Origin: an uncultured delta proteobacterium
GTDB taxonomy: Bacteria; Myxococcota_A; Polyangia; Polyangiales; Polyangiaceae
DNA: 64,000 nucleotides
Direction of reading: 5' to 3'
NCBI GenBank assembly: GCA_963850305.1
Contig: CAWKKR010000008.1
Coordinates: 1,760,001-1,824,000 of the forward strand
Numbering within the stretch: the stretch's first letter is position 1; every line of letters starts with the position of its first letter. The translations under genes and the position numbers were made by a program. The notes beneath the pieces are model-generated. The model did no database searches and had not been told where the DNA came from. It was given only the letters and a program-made list of their open reading frames with translations. Below are positions 53,035 to 63,346 of this stretch, in pieces.

Positions 53035-55689
53035 ATGCTCGAACCGAATCGCCCGAATCCGTCCTCGCGGCTGCGTCCGCCCTTCGTTCGCGCGGCCAAG
53101 TGGCCTCCGGAGGACGACGACGGAGCCCCGGCACCCGGCGGACTTCCGACGGGAGGTGGTGGCGGAGGCGGTGGTGGGTTCGATGCCGGCGACGGTAATT
53201 TCAAGAAGGGGGCGATCAGGCCGATCGCCGTCGTGCTCGCGCTCGCGATCGTAGGGGCAATCGGCGCGTTTCTGCTCATCGGCGTGAAGCAGGAGGAGAC
53301 GAAGGTGCCGGTCGCGAAGGCCGGGCAGATGAAGAAGGACCTTCTCGTCCTGCCGCTCGCCGACCAGCTCCCGAAGTGGCGCGAGTACGCGAAGATGGAT
53401 AGCTCCTACCTGAAGCAGGAGGCGCTCAAGTATCTGGCCTGGGCTCAGGATCCACAGGGCATTCCGATCGCGATTGCCGATCTCGCCGACCCGGACCAGT
53501 CGGTGCGTGCGCAGGCCGCGACGGCGCTGCTCGAGTATGGCTCGCCCGCCGCGGACGCGGCGAAGCCGGCGCTCGTGAAGGCGCTCGGCGAAGCCGCGAC
53601 GGAATCGAAACCGCAGATCGTGTGGGCACTCGTCGAGCTCGGCGAGAAGTCGGTGCAAAAGACGGTGCTCGACGAGTATCGCGCGGGGCACCTGTCGCAG
53701 ATCCGGCGGCTCGACGGCGCGCTCGCGTTCGATCCGAACAAGCTTGCCGCGTACATCGGCATCGACGAGCTCGCGGGGATGGCATCCGATCCGAGCCCGT
53801 CCGTGCGGCAGCTCGTCGCGACGGTCCTCTCGCGTCACGCGGAACCGAAGTACACCGATGCGCTCATCAAGTTGCTCAACGACCCGGACGGGGAGATCTC
53901 GGCGCAGGCCGCGCCGGGTCTCGGAAAGATCGGCGACCAGCGCGCGCGCCAGCCGCTCCTCGACAAGCTGAAGGGTGCAGACAAGGACAGCCGCCAGAAG
54001 TACCTCGAGGCGCTTCGCGATGGAGTCGGTGCCCAGGGGCTCGTGACGTCGCTCGACAGCGTGCCGACCGACGACGCGACGAAGGCCTGGTACCAGACGG
54101 CCCAGGTCTTCGACATGATCCGGAAGCTTGCCGATCCTCGCGGAGGCGACGCGCTGCTCGCGTACATCAACGACAAGAAGCCGAGCATTCACTGGGAGAC
54201 GTTCGCGGCATTCGCCATGGCGGAGATTGGCGATATCCGCGCCGTGCCGACGCTCGCGCGGCGTCTCCGCATGGACGAGGGTAAGATCTACAGTGACGAC
54301 ACCGACTACGAGATGGCCGTGAAGCGCAACAACAATGAGCGCGTCGTCGCGGCCCGCATGATCGCCGATCTCGCCGTCATGTATCCGGACAAGAAGGACC
54401 AGATCCGCGATCAGGCCGAGGACGCCGTCATGTTCTGGATGCACGAGATGCCGTCGCCGCACGCGAATGCCATGCGCGCGCTCGCCGCCATGGGGTCGAC
54501 CCAGGATCTGCCCGCGCTTCGCAAGTGGGCGAACCCGCCGAATCCGCTGCCCGTCCAGGGGCAACAGCCTCCGTTCCCCGAAGAGTGGGTCGTCGCGCAG
54601 AGCGCGCTCCGGTACGTCGGCTGGATGAAGGACAAGCCTTCGTGGCCCGTGCTGCTGAAGGACCTCAAGCGTCGCGATCCGACCCTCGACGTCACGCGCG
54701 AAGGGATGCAGCAGGGCGGGGTGGCGATCCTCGGCATGACGCTCCGTGCACTCGGCTACGGCGCATCTCAGGGCTTTTCGGAGTGGGGCGACGAGAAGGC
54801 GTTCAAGCCGCTCCTGACCTATGCCGAAGATCCGAAGGAGCACGAGGAGGCGAGGGAGGCCGCGTGTGCGGCGCTCGCGTGGGTCTCGAGCCCGGACGAC
54901 ATGGTGAAGGTCGCGGAGGAGATCCAGCGGTTCAGCAGCGCGGATCCGAAGGACGAAACGCGGCGCGCGTGCCTTCTGGAGACGTTGATCAATCGTCCGA
55001 TGCCGGGTACGGCTCCGGCGCTCATCGGCATGCTCACGCCGTCCGCGTCGATGGGGACCCGTCATCAGGTCGCCCGGGCGATCGGCAAGGCCGGGTTCGA
55101 TTCCGCCGTGGAGGCCAAGCTGTTCGAGCTCATCAAGGACGATCAGCTCGCGGAAGATGCGGCACTCGCCCTGATTCTCGGCGGCTCGCCCGACACCGCG
55201 GCCCGCGCCGTGGCGATGCTGTCGGACAAGCCAAAGGAGATGATCGACGATCTACAGGATCTCTGGTACCGCTCCTTCGGCTATTGGTCGGACGAAGATC
55301 TCGCGAAGGGGCACATCTTCCGGGTTGTCGACAACGCGGAAGCGATTGCCAAGGTCGAGATCAAGGACACCCCGCAGGAGTGGGCACCGGCACAGCTCAC
55401 GTCGCAGTTCGACAATCTGGAATTCGACAACGGCCCGCATTCGTTCACGCGTGTCGTGCTACGCCACAAACTTCTCGACATGGCGAAGGGCGACGACCCC
55501 GTGAAGCGTGCGGGCGCGATCCGCACGCTCGAGTTCATGAAGGAGCAGGGCTGCTTGCTCGCGCTCCGCGACGTCCCCGGAGAGACGGGCAAGCTCGCGA
55601 GCGACGCCTACCGGGATCTCCTGAACCCGAAGATCATGACCGGCGTCAAAGCCATCGCGAACGACGCGAAGCCTGCTGCCACGGAGTGA
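53035..55689 (+). CDS. Membrane-anchored HEAT-repeat protein (about 880 aa)
   Basis: Pro/Gly-rich N-terminus, single TM, repeats of type LADPDQSVRAQAATAL, DPSPSVRQLVA, LNDPDGEISAQAA. Confidence 0.85.
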   Translation: MLEPNRPNPSSRLRPPFVRAAKWPPEDDDGAPAPGGLPTGGGGGGGGGFDAGDGNFKKGAIRPIAVVLALAIVGAIGAFLLIGVKQEETKVPVAKAGQMKKDLLVLPLADQLPKWREYAKMDSSYLKQEALKYLAWAQDPQGIPIAIADLADPDQSVRAQAATALLEYGSPAADAAKPALVKALGEAATESKPQIVWALVELGEKSVQKTVLDEYRAGHLSQIRRLDGALAFDPNKLAAYIGIDELAGMASDPSPSVRQLVATVLSRHAEPKYTDALIKLLNDPDGEISAQAAPGLGKIGDQRARQPLLDKLKGADKDSRQKYLEALRDGVGAQGLVTSLDSVPTDDATKAWYQTAQVFDMIRKLADPRGGDALLAYINDKKPSIHWETFAAFAMAEIGDIRAVPTLARRLRMDEGKIYSDDTDYEMAVKRNNNERVVAARMIADLAVMYPDKKDQIRDQAEDAVMFWMHEMPSPHANAMRALAAMGSTQDLPALRKWANPPNPLPVQGQQPPFPEEWVVAQSALRYVGWMKDKPSWPVLLKDLKRRDPTLDVTREGMQQGGVAILGMTLRALGYGASQGFSEWGDEKAFKPLLTYAEDPKEHEEAREAACAALAWVSSPDDMVKVAEEIQRFSSADPKDETRRACLLETLINRPMPGTAPALIGMLTPSASMGTRHQVARAIGKAGFDSAVEAKLFELIKDDQLAEDAALALILGGSPDTAARAVAMLSDKPKEMIDDLQDLWYRSFGYWSDEDLAKGHIFRVVDNAEAIAKVEIKDTPQEWAPAQLTSQFDNLEFDNGPHSFTRVVLRHKLLDMAKGDDPVKRAGAIRTLEFMKEQGCLLALRDVPGETGKLASDAYRDLLNPKIMTGVKAIANDAKPAATE

Positions 55690-55709
55690 TCGTCAAAGCA
55701 GTGCTTCGG

Positions 55710-56279
55710 ATGCGAACGAGCCGCCTCTTCGCGTCCTTCGTGCTCGCATCGGCATCCGTCGCGTGCGCTCGCACGCCCGCGGCCAGGGGCCCCGGGCTGC
55801 TCGGCGGAGCTCCTCACGACATCCGCGAAGCGTGCGTGCCGCAGGGTCCCGAGCGTTGCTTCAATGCGCGCGACGACAACTGCAATGGCCTCATCGACGA
55901 AGGTTGCGGTGGGCACACCGGCCTCGTGCAATTTTCGATCGCCTGGGATTCGGCGACTGCGGACGTCGACTTGCTCGTCACGGACCCCAAGGGCGAGCTT
56001 TCGGAAGTGGGTCGGCCGACAGCGAGCGGTCTCGTGAAAGAACGGGACTGTCCGGGCCCTCATGGGGAGTGCCACGGCGAGAACTACGAAAACGTGTACC
56101 TCGAGAAGGAAGACGCGCCGCGCGGTGAGTACCGCGTCAAGATTCGTCTCGCTCGTCTTGGCGACGACGACGCGCCCGTTCGGATCACGTTCGGTGCGCG
56201 CCTGGACGGCAGGACCGCGGCAGAAGAACTCGTCCTGACGAAAGCGGGCGAGCTGACCGAGCTTGATTTCCGTCTCTGA
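55710..56279 (+). CDS. Lipoprotein with MopE-like Cys/Asp motif and YfaP/DUF2135-like domain
   Basis: Lipobox SVAC; PERCFNARDDNCNGLIDEGC; IAWDSATADVDLLVTDPKG..ENYENVY..GEYRV. Confidence 0.75.
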   Translation: MRTSRLFASFVLASASVACARTPAARGPGLLGGAPHDIREACVPQGPERCFNARDDNCNGLIDEGCGGHTGLVQFSIAWDSATADVDLLVTDPKGELSEVGRPTASGLVKERDCPGPHGECHGENYENVYLEKEDAPRGEYRVKIRLARLGDDDAPVRITFGARLDGRTAAEELVLTKAGELTELDFRL

Positions 56280-56336
56280 GAAGAGATATGTTGGAGGGTC
56301 AGTCGGCTGCGGGAATTCCCGCGGCGAGGGCAGAGC

Positions 56337-56900
56337 ATGAGCTCCAAGGTTCTTGGTCGCATCACGAACCCCGGGCGTCCGCGTGGACCGGACGTGGAAA
56401 TGAGCATTTCAGTGCCCGACGCGTGGCTCGCGGAAGGGGCATCGATTGAGGTGGAGTTGCCCCGAAACCTGTCCTGCGCAGCCTGCAAAGGGGGGGGCTG
56501 TGACGCGTGCGACCGTTCGGGCGGCATTTCTCTGCGCGGAAAAAAGGACCCGGTCGAGCTTATGGAAGTGACTCTCCCCGGGAGCCCTTCCGTCGCCGAT
56601 CCAGCGAGCGCGTCCACCCGCGGGCTCGTCATGCGAATTCCGGAGCGGGGCGGCCTGTCGCCCGTCGATGCCCGGCTACCGCGCGGGAACCTCCTTCTGA
56701 GTGTCTCGAAGGACGAGCAGCCGTCCCAGGGCGTGGCGCGCGTCGAACCGCCCGGGCCGCCCGCACGTCCGTCGGTGCCGGAGATGCTCCGGCTCTCGCT
56801 GTCTCCCGCGTCGCCGGAGGGCCGCTCGCGGCTCGTGGTGCTTGCCGTCGGGGTGGCTGCGGTCGTCGCGGTCCTCGTCTGGTGGCTTCACCATCGCTAG
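56337..56900 (+). CDS. DnaJ C-terminal/zinc-finger-like protein lacking a J-domain, with C-terminal TM
   Basis: RGPDVE, CAACKGGGCDAC, EVTLPG, MRIPERG, PRGNLLLSV; no HPD; hydrophobic C-terminus. Confidence 0.65.
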   Translation: MSSKVLGRITNPGRPRGPDVEMSISVPDAWLAEGASIEVELPRNLSCAACKGGGCDACDRSGGISLRGKKDPVELMEVTLPGSPSVADPASASTRGLVMRIPERGGLSPVDARLPRGNLLLSVSKDEQPSQGVARVEPPGPPARPSVPEMLRLSLSPASPEGRSRLVVLAVGVAAVVAVLVWWLHHR

Positions 56901-56957
56901 CGATCCGAAGCCTCAGTGACGGGACCAGCGCTCTCGAACAAGTACCCTTCGCAGCGG

Positions 56958-57689
56958 TCACGGCAGGTAGCAGCCGACTTGCATACACGCCCAATGCCGA
57001 GCCTGTGGGTCGTACGCGCAAACCGCGCTGGTAGAGCCTAAACTGCCCCCGTCGGACCCAGGGCAGTCCGCATCGTTGGTACATGTGTCCAATGCGGTGT
57101 GGCAGAAGTACGTGCTCAGGCCCCAGCAGCGGTTTTCTGAATTGGAGGGTGAGCAGTAGCCGCCAGGGCCGCAATCGGAATCCACGGCGCAATTGCCGTG
57201 GGGCGCGCAGACGTTCGCGTAACTGTCGGTCGGCGCGCTGCGGCAAACGCACGGCGTCGCCGACGGACAGTCTGAATCGCTGGAGCACTCGTCGTACGAA
57301 CAACCGCCTGGCCCGACCATGCCTTCAAATGGGAAGCAACGACCGTTGGTTCCACCGCGGCATTGCGAGTCCGACGAACACGCGACGCCGCCGTCCGGAC
57401 CAATCGCGGCAAACCCCGCTGCATAAGGGTGGGTTCCGGGCCCGGGCCCGCGCTGCGAAGAGCAGCACGCGGAAGCCCGGTGGTTCAGGGGGACGCGCGC
57501 GGTAGCCGCTCCGGCCGATCCCGCTTCGACAACGGTCGACTCGCAGGACGCGCTCGAGATGGGACCCGGTGAACCATCGCCGATCGAGCCGCCGCTGCCC
57601 GTATCCAAGCCGCCACTCACGCGCCCTTCGCAGCCAAAACCTGAAACAACCGTCAGCGCCGACAACACGAAAGCAAAATGGATCTTCAT
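56958..57689 (-). CDS. Cys-rich secreted lipoprotein
   Basis: Signal ending GFGC; repeated CxxDxDC motifs (CSSDSQC, CSSDSDC, CAVDSDC, CTNDADC). Confidence 0.8.
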   Translation of the reverse strand: MKIHFAFVLSALTVVSGFGCEGRVSGGLDTGSGGSIGDGSPGPISSASCESTVVEAGSAGAATARVPLNHRASACCSSQRGPGPGTHPYAAGFAAIGPDGGVACSSDSQCRGGTNGRCFPFEGMVGPGGCSYDECSSDSDCPSATPCVCRSAPTDSYANVCAPHGNCAVDSDCGPGGYCSPSNSENRCWGLSTYFCHTALDTCTNDADCPGSDGGSLGSTSAVCAYDPQARHWACMQVGCYLP

Positions 57690-58042
57690 GGACCGCGGTC
57701 AATTAAAGCAAAACGCGAGCCAAATCGCAGAAACCGCGGAATAAGAGCCGCAGTGGGCCAAGCGTGTGCCACGCGAAGATGTGATTCCCGGGCGAGTTCC
57801 CCATCGCTTGAGGTTGCTCACGTAGCGATGGCCGGACCGTTCGTGGGGTCGTCGCCGCGGGACACGGCCCACGACGTAGGCAGCGCTCCCCACGCCGTGC
57901 TGACGAGCCCATCAGTCGCTGGAATCGGTTCACGCAAGGTCGGGAGGACGCCCCAGTTTACGCGGCGTGGGGAGTGCGTCCCACGGCGTGGGGGGGGAAG
58001 CCTCACCGACGGGGGCGGCGGAACGCGTACGCGGTCCGCGAC

Positions 58043-59906
58043 TCACATCTGGCTGTAGTTCGGTCCGTCGCCGCCCTCGGGTACGACCCAGCGGATGTTG
58101 ATGTACGGGTCCATCGAGATCGCACGTCTTGCAGTGGACGCAGTTGGTGGGATTCAGGTGCAGCTTCTTCTTCCCCGGATTCGACTCGTCTTCCACCATC
58201 TCGTAGACGTTTGCGGGGCACGCGCGCGTGCAGGGGTTGCCGTACTTCTCGGCGCAGTCCGTCGAGCAGATGTCGCGGTTCAACACCTGCAGGTGAGATG
58301 GCTGATCTTCCTCGCCCTTCGAGCCGGCGAGGTACACGTCGGATAGCTTGTCGAGGAAGAGCTTGCCGTCATACGGAATGCCCTTCTTCAGGTCCTTCAG
58401 GCCGCCGACCTCGGAGAGCGTGCGCTTCGTCTCGAAGTCCGCGTCGACGTGCGTGCGCGACTTGTTGAGGTCGTTGATGAGTCCGCCGATGACCGGCGCC
58501 GCCGTGAGACCGTTCTTCACCACGGCCATCGCGAGGCCGTCGTGGAAGTTCGAGTGGAAGTTTCTCGCCTTCCACATCTCTTGCCCGACCCACGAGTCTT
58601 CGACCTTCTTCTGATACGGGGCGAGCTTCTCCGCCGAGTAGTCCTTCGCGAGCAGTGCTTCGAACGCAGTCTCCGCGGCGAGCATGCCGCTCTTGATGGC
58701 CAGGTGTACGCCCTTGAGCCGCTCCGCATTCACGAGGCCGCCCGAGTCGCCTGCGAGCATGAGCCCGCCGGCAAAGAGCTTCGGCATCGCGTGCCAGCCG
58801 CCGAGCGGAACCGTCTTCGCGCCGTACTGAATGACCTTGCCGCCCTTCAGGTACTTCTGGAACAAGGGGTGCGTCTTCATGCGCTGGAGCAGCACCTGGG
58901 GATCCGTGTTCGGATCGGAATAGTCGAGACCGACCATCAACCCGAGCGCGACCAGGTTGTCCTTCATCGAGTACATGAAGGAGCCGCCGTACGTCTTGTC
59001 GCCGAGCGGCCAGCCCGCGGTGAGCACGACCTCGCCCGCCGGCATTTGCCCCGCGGGAACTTCGATGACCTCTTTCACGCCGAGGCAGTAGCTGTTCGGG
59101 TTCTTGCCGTCGTCCAGCTTCAGCTTGCGCACCACGTCGCGAGTCAAGCTGCCGCGGGTGCCTTCGGTGAGCACCGTGATCTTGGCCTTCATGTTCACGC
59201 CGGGTTCGAAGCTGCGCTTCTTCTCCCCCGTGTGTCCGATGCCCTTGTCGCCCGTGCGAACGCCGGTGATGGTGTCACCGTCGTAGGTCATGTACGCACC
59301 AGCAAAACCCGGGAACAGCATGATCCCCTGCTCTTCACAGAGGGTCGCGAGCCACCGGCAGAACTTCGACAGGCTGCCGATGTAGAGCCCATGATCCTGT
59401 AACGGCGGGGGCATCATCGGCACCGGCGCGGCGATCGTCGGGCTGAGAAGGAAGTGCATGCTCTCCTTCTCGACCTTGCAGTCGAGCGGCGCGCCCTTCT
59501 TCTCGAAGTCGGGGATGAGCTCCTTCAAGGCCTTCGGATCCAGCACCATGCCGGAGATGCCCATGGCGCCGATCTCCGAGCACTTCTCGAGCACGGTGAT
59601 GTTCACTTCACCGAGCTTGTCTCCCTGCTTCTCGCCCTTCTCGATGGCGTCGTCGTGCTTCTTGCAGAGCTGCATCAGGTGATACGCCCCCGCGAGTCCC
59701 GCCGGGCCCGCGCCGACGAACAGCACATCGACGTCCATCGTCTCCCGCTCGACGCCGTCGTCCTTGGCCTCCTCGTTGTAGTCCTTCGGCCGTGCGAGCC
59801 GCACGCTGTGCTTCGGCGAGGAGTGCGGATCTCCTACGAAGAGCCAGGCGAGGTTTATTGCGACCACGAGAGGAACGGCGACGGCGAGCAAAACGAGCCA
59901 GGTCAT
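58043..59906 (-). CDS. Electron transfer flavoprotein-ubiquinone oxidoreductase, indel near 58115
   Basis: VGAGPAGLA, LGVKE, GDSGG, KGVHLAIKSG, CPANVYE, NCVHCKTCD, then WVVPEGGDGPNY in the next frame. Confidence 0.93.
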
Positions 59907-59913
59907 GGAGTCC

Positions 59914-60894
59914 TCACGTTTGTAGCTTCTTCACCTCGGCGACGAGCTCGGGAACGACCTTGAACAGGTCGGCCACGAGCCCGTAATCCGAAATCTTGAG
60001 GATCGGCGCATCCGGATCCTTGTTCACTGCGACGATGACCTTCGACCCGGCCATGCCCGCGATGTGCTGGATGGCGCCGGACAGTCCGAGCGCGATGTAG
60101 AGCTCCGGAGCGACGACCTTGCCGGTCTGTCCAACCTGCCAATCGTTCGGAACCCAGCCGGCGTCGACGATGGCGCGCGTCGCGCCGACGGCGGCACCGA
60201 GCACGTCCGCCAGCACTTCGACGGTTTCCTTGTATCCCTCGGGGCCCTTGGTACCGCGACCGCCGGAAACGACGATGCGGGCGTCCGTGAGCTCCGGACG
60301 TTCGCTCTTCACCTCGGCGAACTCGACGAACTTCGTCTTGAGGGAACCCGCGTCGAGGCCGACTTCGAGGGCCTTCACTTCACCGCCGGGAGCACCCGCG
60401 GCCGGTGCGTCGAAGTCCGTCGGACGAACGCTGACCACCTTGCGCTCCGTGGTGATCTCGACCCACTGGTGGAGGTTGCCGGCGAACATGGGTCGCTTGA
60501 AGCCCATCTTTCCGCCGATATCGTCGACACCGATGACGTCGCTCGCCATGCCCGCGCCGAGGCTCGCCGCGACGCGCGGCAAATAATCCCGGCCCTGCGC
60601 GGTTGCCGACGCGCATACGACCCCCGCCTGCGCCGCTTCCGCCGCCTTGATGGCCGCCTTGGCGAACGCTTCCGCCGTGTAGTTCTTGAGGGCCGGCGAG
60701 GTCGCGGTCCAGACCACGGCCACGCCGTACTTCTGGAGCTCTGCCGCCGCACCGGCGACATCCCCGTCCCCGCAGACGAGGGCGTGGACCTGCCCGCCGA
60801 GCTTCTGCGCCGCGAGCTTCGCGAACGTGATCGCGGGCAGCGAGGTCTTCCGGAGGCCGTTCTTCAATTCCGCAACGACAAGGACGTTTTTCAT
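59914..60894 (-). CDS. etfA: Electron transfer flavoprotein alpha subunit
   Basis: VSGGRG, VGATRA, QVGQTGK, GLSGAIQH, VNKDPDAPI. Confidence 0.96.
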   Translation of the reverse strand: MKNVLVVAELKNGLRKTSLPAITFAKLAAQKLGGQVHALVCGDGDVAGAAAELQKYGVAVVWTATSPALKNYTAEAFAKAAIKAAEAAQAGVVCASATAQGRDYLPRVAASLGAGMASDVIGVDDIGGKMGFKRPMFAGNLHQWVEITTERKVVSVRPTDFDAPAAGAPGGEVKALEVGLDAGSLKTKFVEFAEVKSERPELTDARIVVSGGRGTKGPEGYKETVEVLADVLGAAVGATRAIVDAGWVPNDWQVGQTGKVVAPELYIALGLSGAIQHIAGMAGSKVIVAVNKDPDAPILKISDYGLVADLFKVVPELVAEVKKLQT

Positions 60895-60909
60895 CTTCTT
60901 GATCTTCCT

Positions 60910-61662
60910 TCAGATGACCTTCGCTTCATCGTGCAGCTTCTTCACGAGAGTCGGCACGTCGGGGACGAGCTGACCCGCCTTGCGCGCCGGCGGCTCCGCT
61001 ACCTTCAGCGACTTCACTTTCGGCGTGGCATCGACGCCCAGCTCCGCGAACGTCGTCTCTTTCAGCGGTTTCTTCTTCGCCTTCATGATGCTCGGCAACG
61101 ACGCGTAGCGCGGCTCGTTGAGACGGAGATCCGCGGTGACGATACCGGGGAGGGTGACGTCCACGGTTTCGAGGCCGCCGTCGACCTCGCGCGTGACGCG
61201 TACGCTCTTGCCGTCGTCGCTGACGGCGACCTTCGACGCGTACGCGGCCTGGCCCCAGCCCATGAGCTCGGCGACGATCGACGTCGCCTGGCCCGAGTCG
61301 TAGTCCACGGCTTGCTTGCCCATGATCACGATATCCGGCTTCTCCTCGCCGATGATCTTCGCGATGGCGCGAGCCGCGGCGTCGGAGTCGACGTCGCCGT
61401 CGTGCTTCACGAGCACGCCCCGATCGGCGCCCATCGCGAGACACTGCCGGACTTGCTGTGCAGCGTCCGCCGGGCCGACGCTGACGACGACGACTTCGCC
61501 GCCGTGCTTCTCCTTCAAGCGCAGGCTCTCTTCGACTGCGATCTCATCGAAGGGGTTCACGACCCACTTCACGCCATCTTTCACGTACCCCGAGCCGTCG
61601 CCCGCTACGCGGAGCTTGATCTCGGGATCCGGAACACGCTTCGCGGTGCACAGGATCTTCAC
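60910..61662 (-). CDS. etfB: Electron transfer flavoprotein beta subunit
   Basis: KRVPD, NPFDEIAVEE, AMGAD, GKQAVD, NEPRYASLP. Confidence 0.96.
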   Translation of the reverse strand: MKILCTAKRVPDPEIKLRVAGDGSGYVKDGVKWVVNPFDEIAVEESLRLKEKHGGEVVVVSVGPADAAQQVRQCLAMGADRGVLVKHDGDVDSDAAARAIAKIIGEEKPDIVIMGKQAVDYDSGQATSIVAELMGWGQAAYASKVAVSDDGKSVRVTREVDGGLETVDVTLPGIVTADLRLNEPRYASLPSIMKAKKKPLKETTFAELGVDATPKVKSLKVAEPPARKAGQLVPDVPTLVKKLHDEAKVI

Positions 61663-61710
61663 GTTTCAGGACCTTTCGCGGTGCCAATCCGAGGGCAATT
61701 GGAGGCCCGC

Positions 61711-61739
61711 CTCATAGCCAGGTGACCCCACCCTGTCAA
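61711..61739 (-). promoter_or_regulatory. Sigma70-type promoter candidate for etfBA operon
   Basis: Minus strand TTGACA (61739-61734), 17 bp, TATGAG. Confidence 0.5.
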
Positions 61740-61824
61740 GGCAACGCCCCCTCGTCAAAACCCGAGGAGTGGCGCTCATTTGTGCAGCGCGGGTGGACGG
61801 CGACCCTATCCGGCAGTTCGGACG

Positions 61825-62995
61825 TCAGGGGACCAGCTGACACGGGTAGCCCGGGGTCGCGCAGGCGTAGCCTGGCTCGACCTGGCAGCTGGAGGAGCAG
61901 CCGTCGCCTGAATTGCCGTTTCCGTCGTCGCAGGATTCACCGAACTGGAGCTGGAGCATGCCGTCGCCGCAGTAGGGCCCGAGCGTACAGTTCGCGTTGC
62001 AGCCGCCGTAGGCGCCGGTGTTGTTGGCAGTGCCCTCGTCGCACGCTTCGCCCGGCTCGACGACGGCGTCGCCGCAGACGGAGCCGCTGCCCGCGGAGCC
62101 GCCGGTCCCCGAGCAAGCCGCGCCGCAGCCCGACGAACAGCACTGATAGAACGCAGGCCCCCAGGCCATCTTGCATTCCTGATCTTGAGCCGGAGTCGGC
62201 TGACAATGCGTGCAGGCGCCTGCCGTGCAGAACCCAGGCTCGCCGAACGAGTCGTAACACGGTGCCCCGGCCGGCCCGCTGCAGACGATCGGTCCCGAGC
62301 ATGCCGCCGCGCAGGAGGGGGACAACATGCAGGAGTCGAGCTCCCCGGCGAGCTGCACGCCGAGGGCGCCGTTCGCGTTGATGACGGCCGCGCAGGGGCT
62401 CGCGGCGTTCAAGCAATCGTTCTTCGAGGCGCAGCTCGAATAGGCCATGCACGCGACCATGGCTTCACAGTTGGGCGCTTGTCCCTGCCCGGTGGAGCCA
62501 CAACTTCCGAAGTCCGGCTCGTTGCAGTTCGCGCAGAGGCAGGCCCAGCAGGGATCGGACGGCTTGTTCTCGGGGCATCCCGCGCCAACCACGGTGCTGC
62601 CGCCGCTGCCGCCGCCGAAGCCGCCCGCGCCGCCGAAGCCGCCCGCGCCGCCGACCCCGTTCGCACGGCCCGCGCACGTCGGACACGACTGAAGAGCGCA
62701 GGCCAGGAAATCGTTGGCCGCCGTTATCGGCATGCCCGTCGCGGTGATCACCGGGTCTGCACGCGCCCCCATCCCTGCCCGTCGCGCCTCCGCTGGCTCC
62801 CCCCTCGCCGTTCCCTCCCTGGCCTCCCGCTTGCGAACCGCCGGAGCTCGGCGCGCCCCCCGCGCTCGCCGTGCCACCCTCCGCACTGCCGCCGTCGGTC
62901 GAAGGACGCAGCTTGCGATCTCGAATGCCGAGAAGCGAAGTGCACGCCGCCAGTACCGCCGCCGTCGCGAACGCAACCAGCACCTGCGCTCGCAT
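61825..62995 (-). CDS. Cys/Gly-rich lipoprotein with Myxococcus cysteine-rich (DUF4215-type) repeats, indel near 62757
   Basis: MRAQVLVAF..LAAC lipobox; Gly linkers; CGDAVVEPGEACDEG, CGDG..ESCDDGN..GDGCSSSCQVEPGY. Confidence 0.8.
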
Positions 62996-63104
62996 GCTCA
63001 CGATCCGCGGCGCCATCGATCCGCGACGATACGTCAGGTCCCGCCGGTCGCGAAGAGACCGGAATTCCTCCGTGGCAGGAACCGCCATCGTTCGAGGTGG
63101 GACC

Positions 63105-63137
63105 GATCATCGTTCGATCATCGTTCGATCATCCTTC
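63105..63137. repeat. 11-bp direct repeat, three copies
   Basis: GATCATCGTTC, GATCATCGTTC, GATCATCCTTC. Confidence 0.85.
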
Positions 63138-63346
63138 GACGTCCGTCCGAGCCGTTCGGGGGGCTTCGAAGGGCTTCGAGGGGCGTACCGGATGGAGGGC
63201 GCTCATCCGTACAGGGCCGAGGCGTGGTCCGATTGAGGGGTTGGCGGTGCGGCCCAGGGGCCCCCTTGCACCGTTTCCGGCAAGGATGGGTCCTCGGACG
63301 CTTCGGCCCCTCGATCAACGCTGGCGACTCGTTATAGTTTGAGGCC

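Noticed and set aside
57880..58000. Imperfect inverted/direct repeat (CTCCCCACGCCGTG vs CGGCGTGGGGAG) after ETF:QO
   Set aside because: Short, imperfect and GC-rich; possibly a terminator but not supportable as a distinct element.
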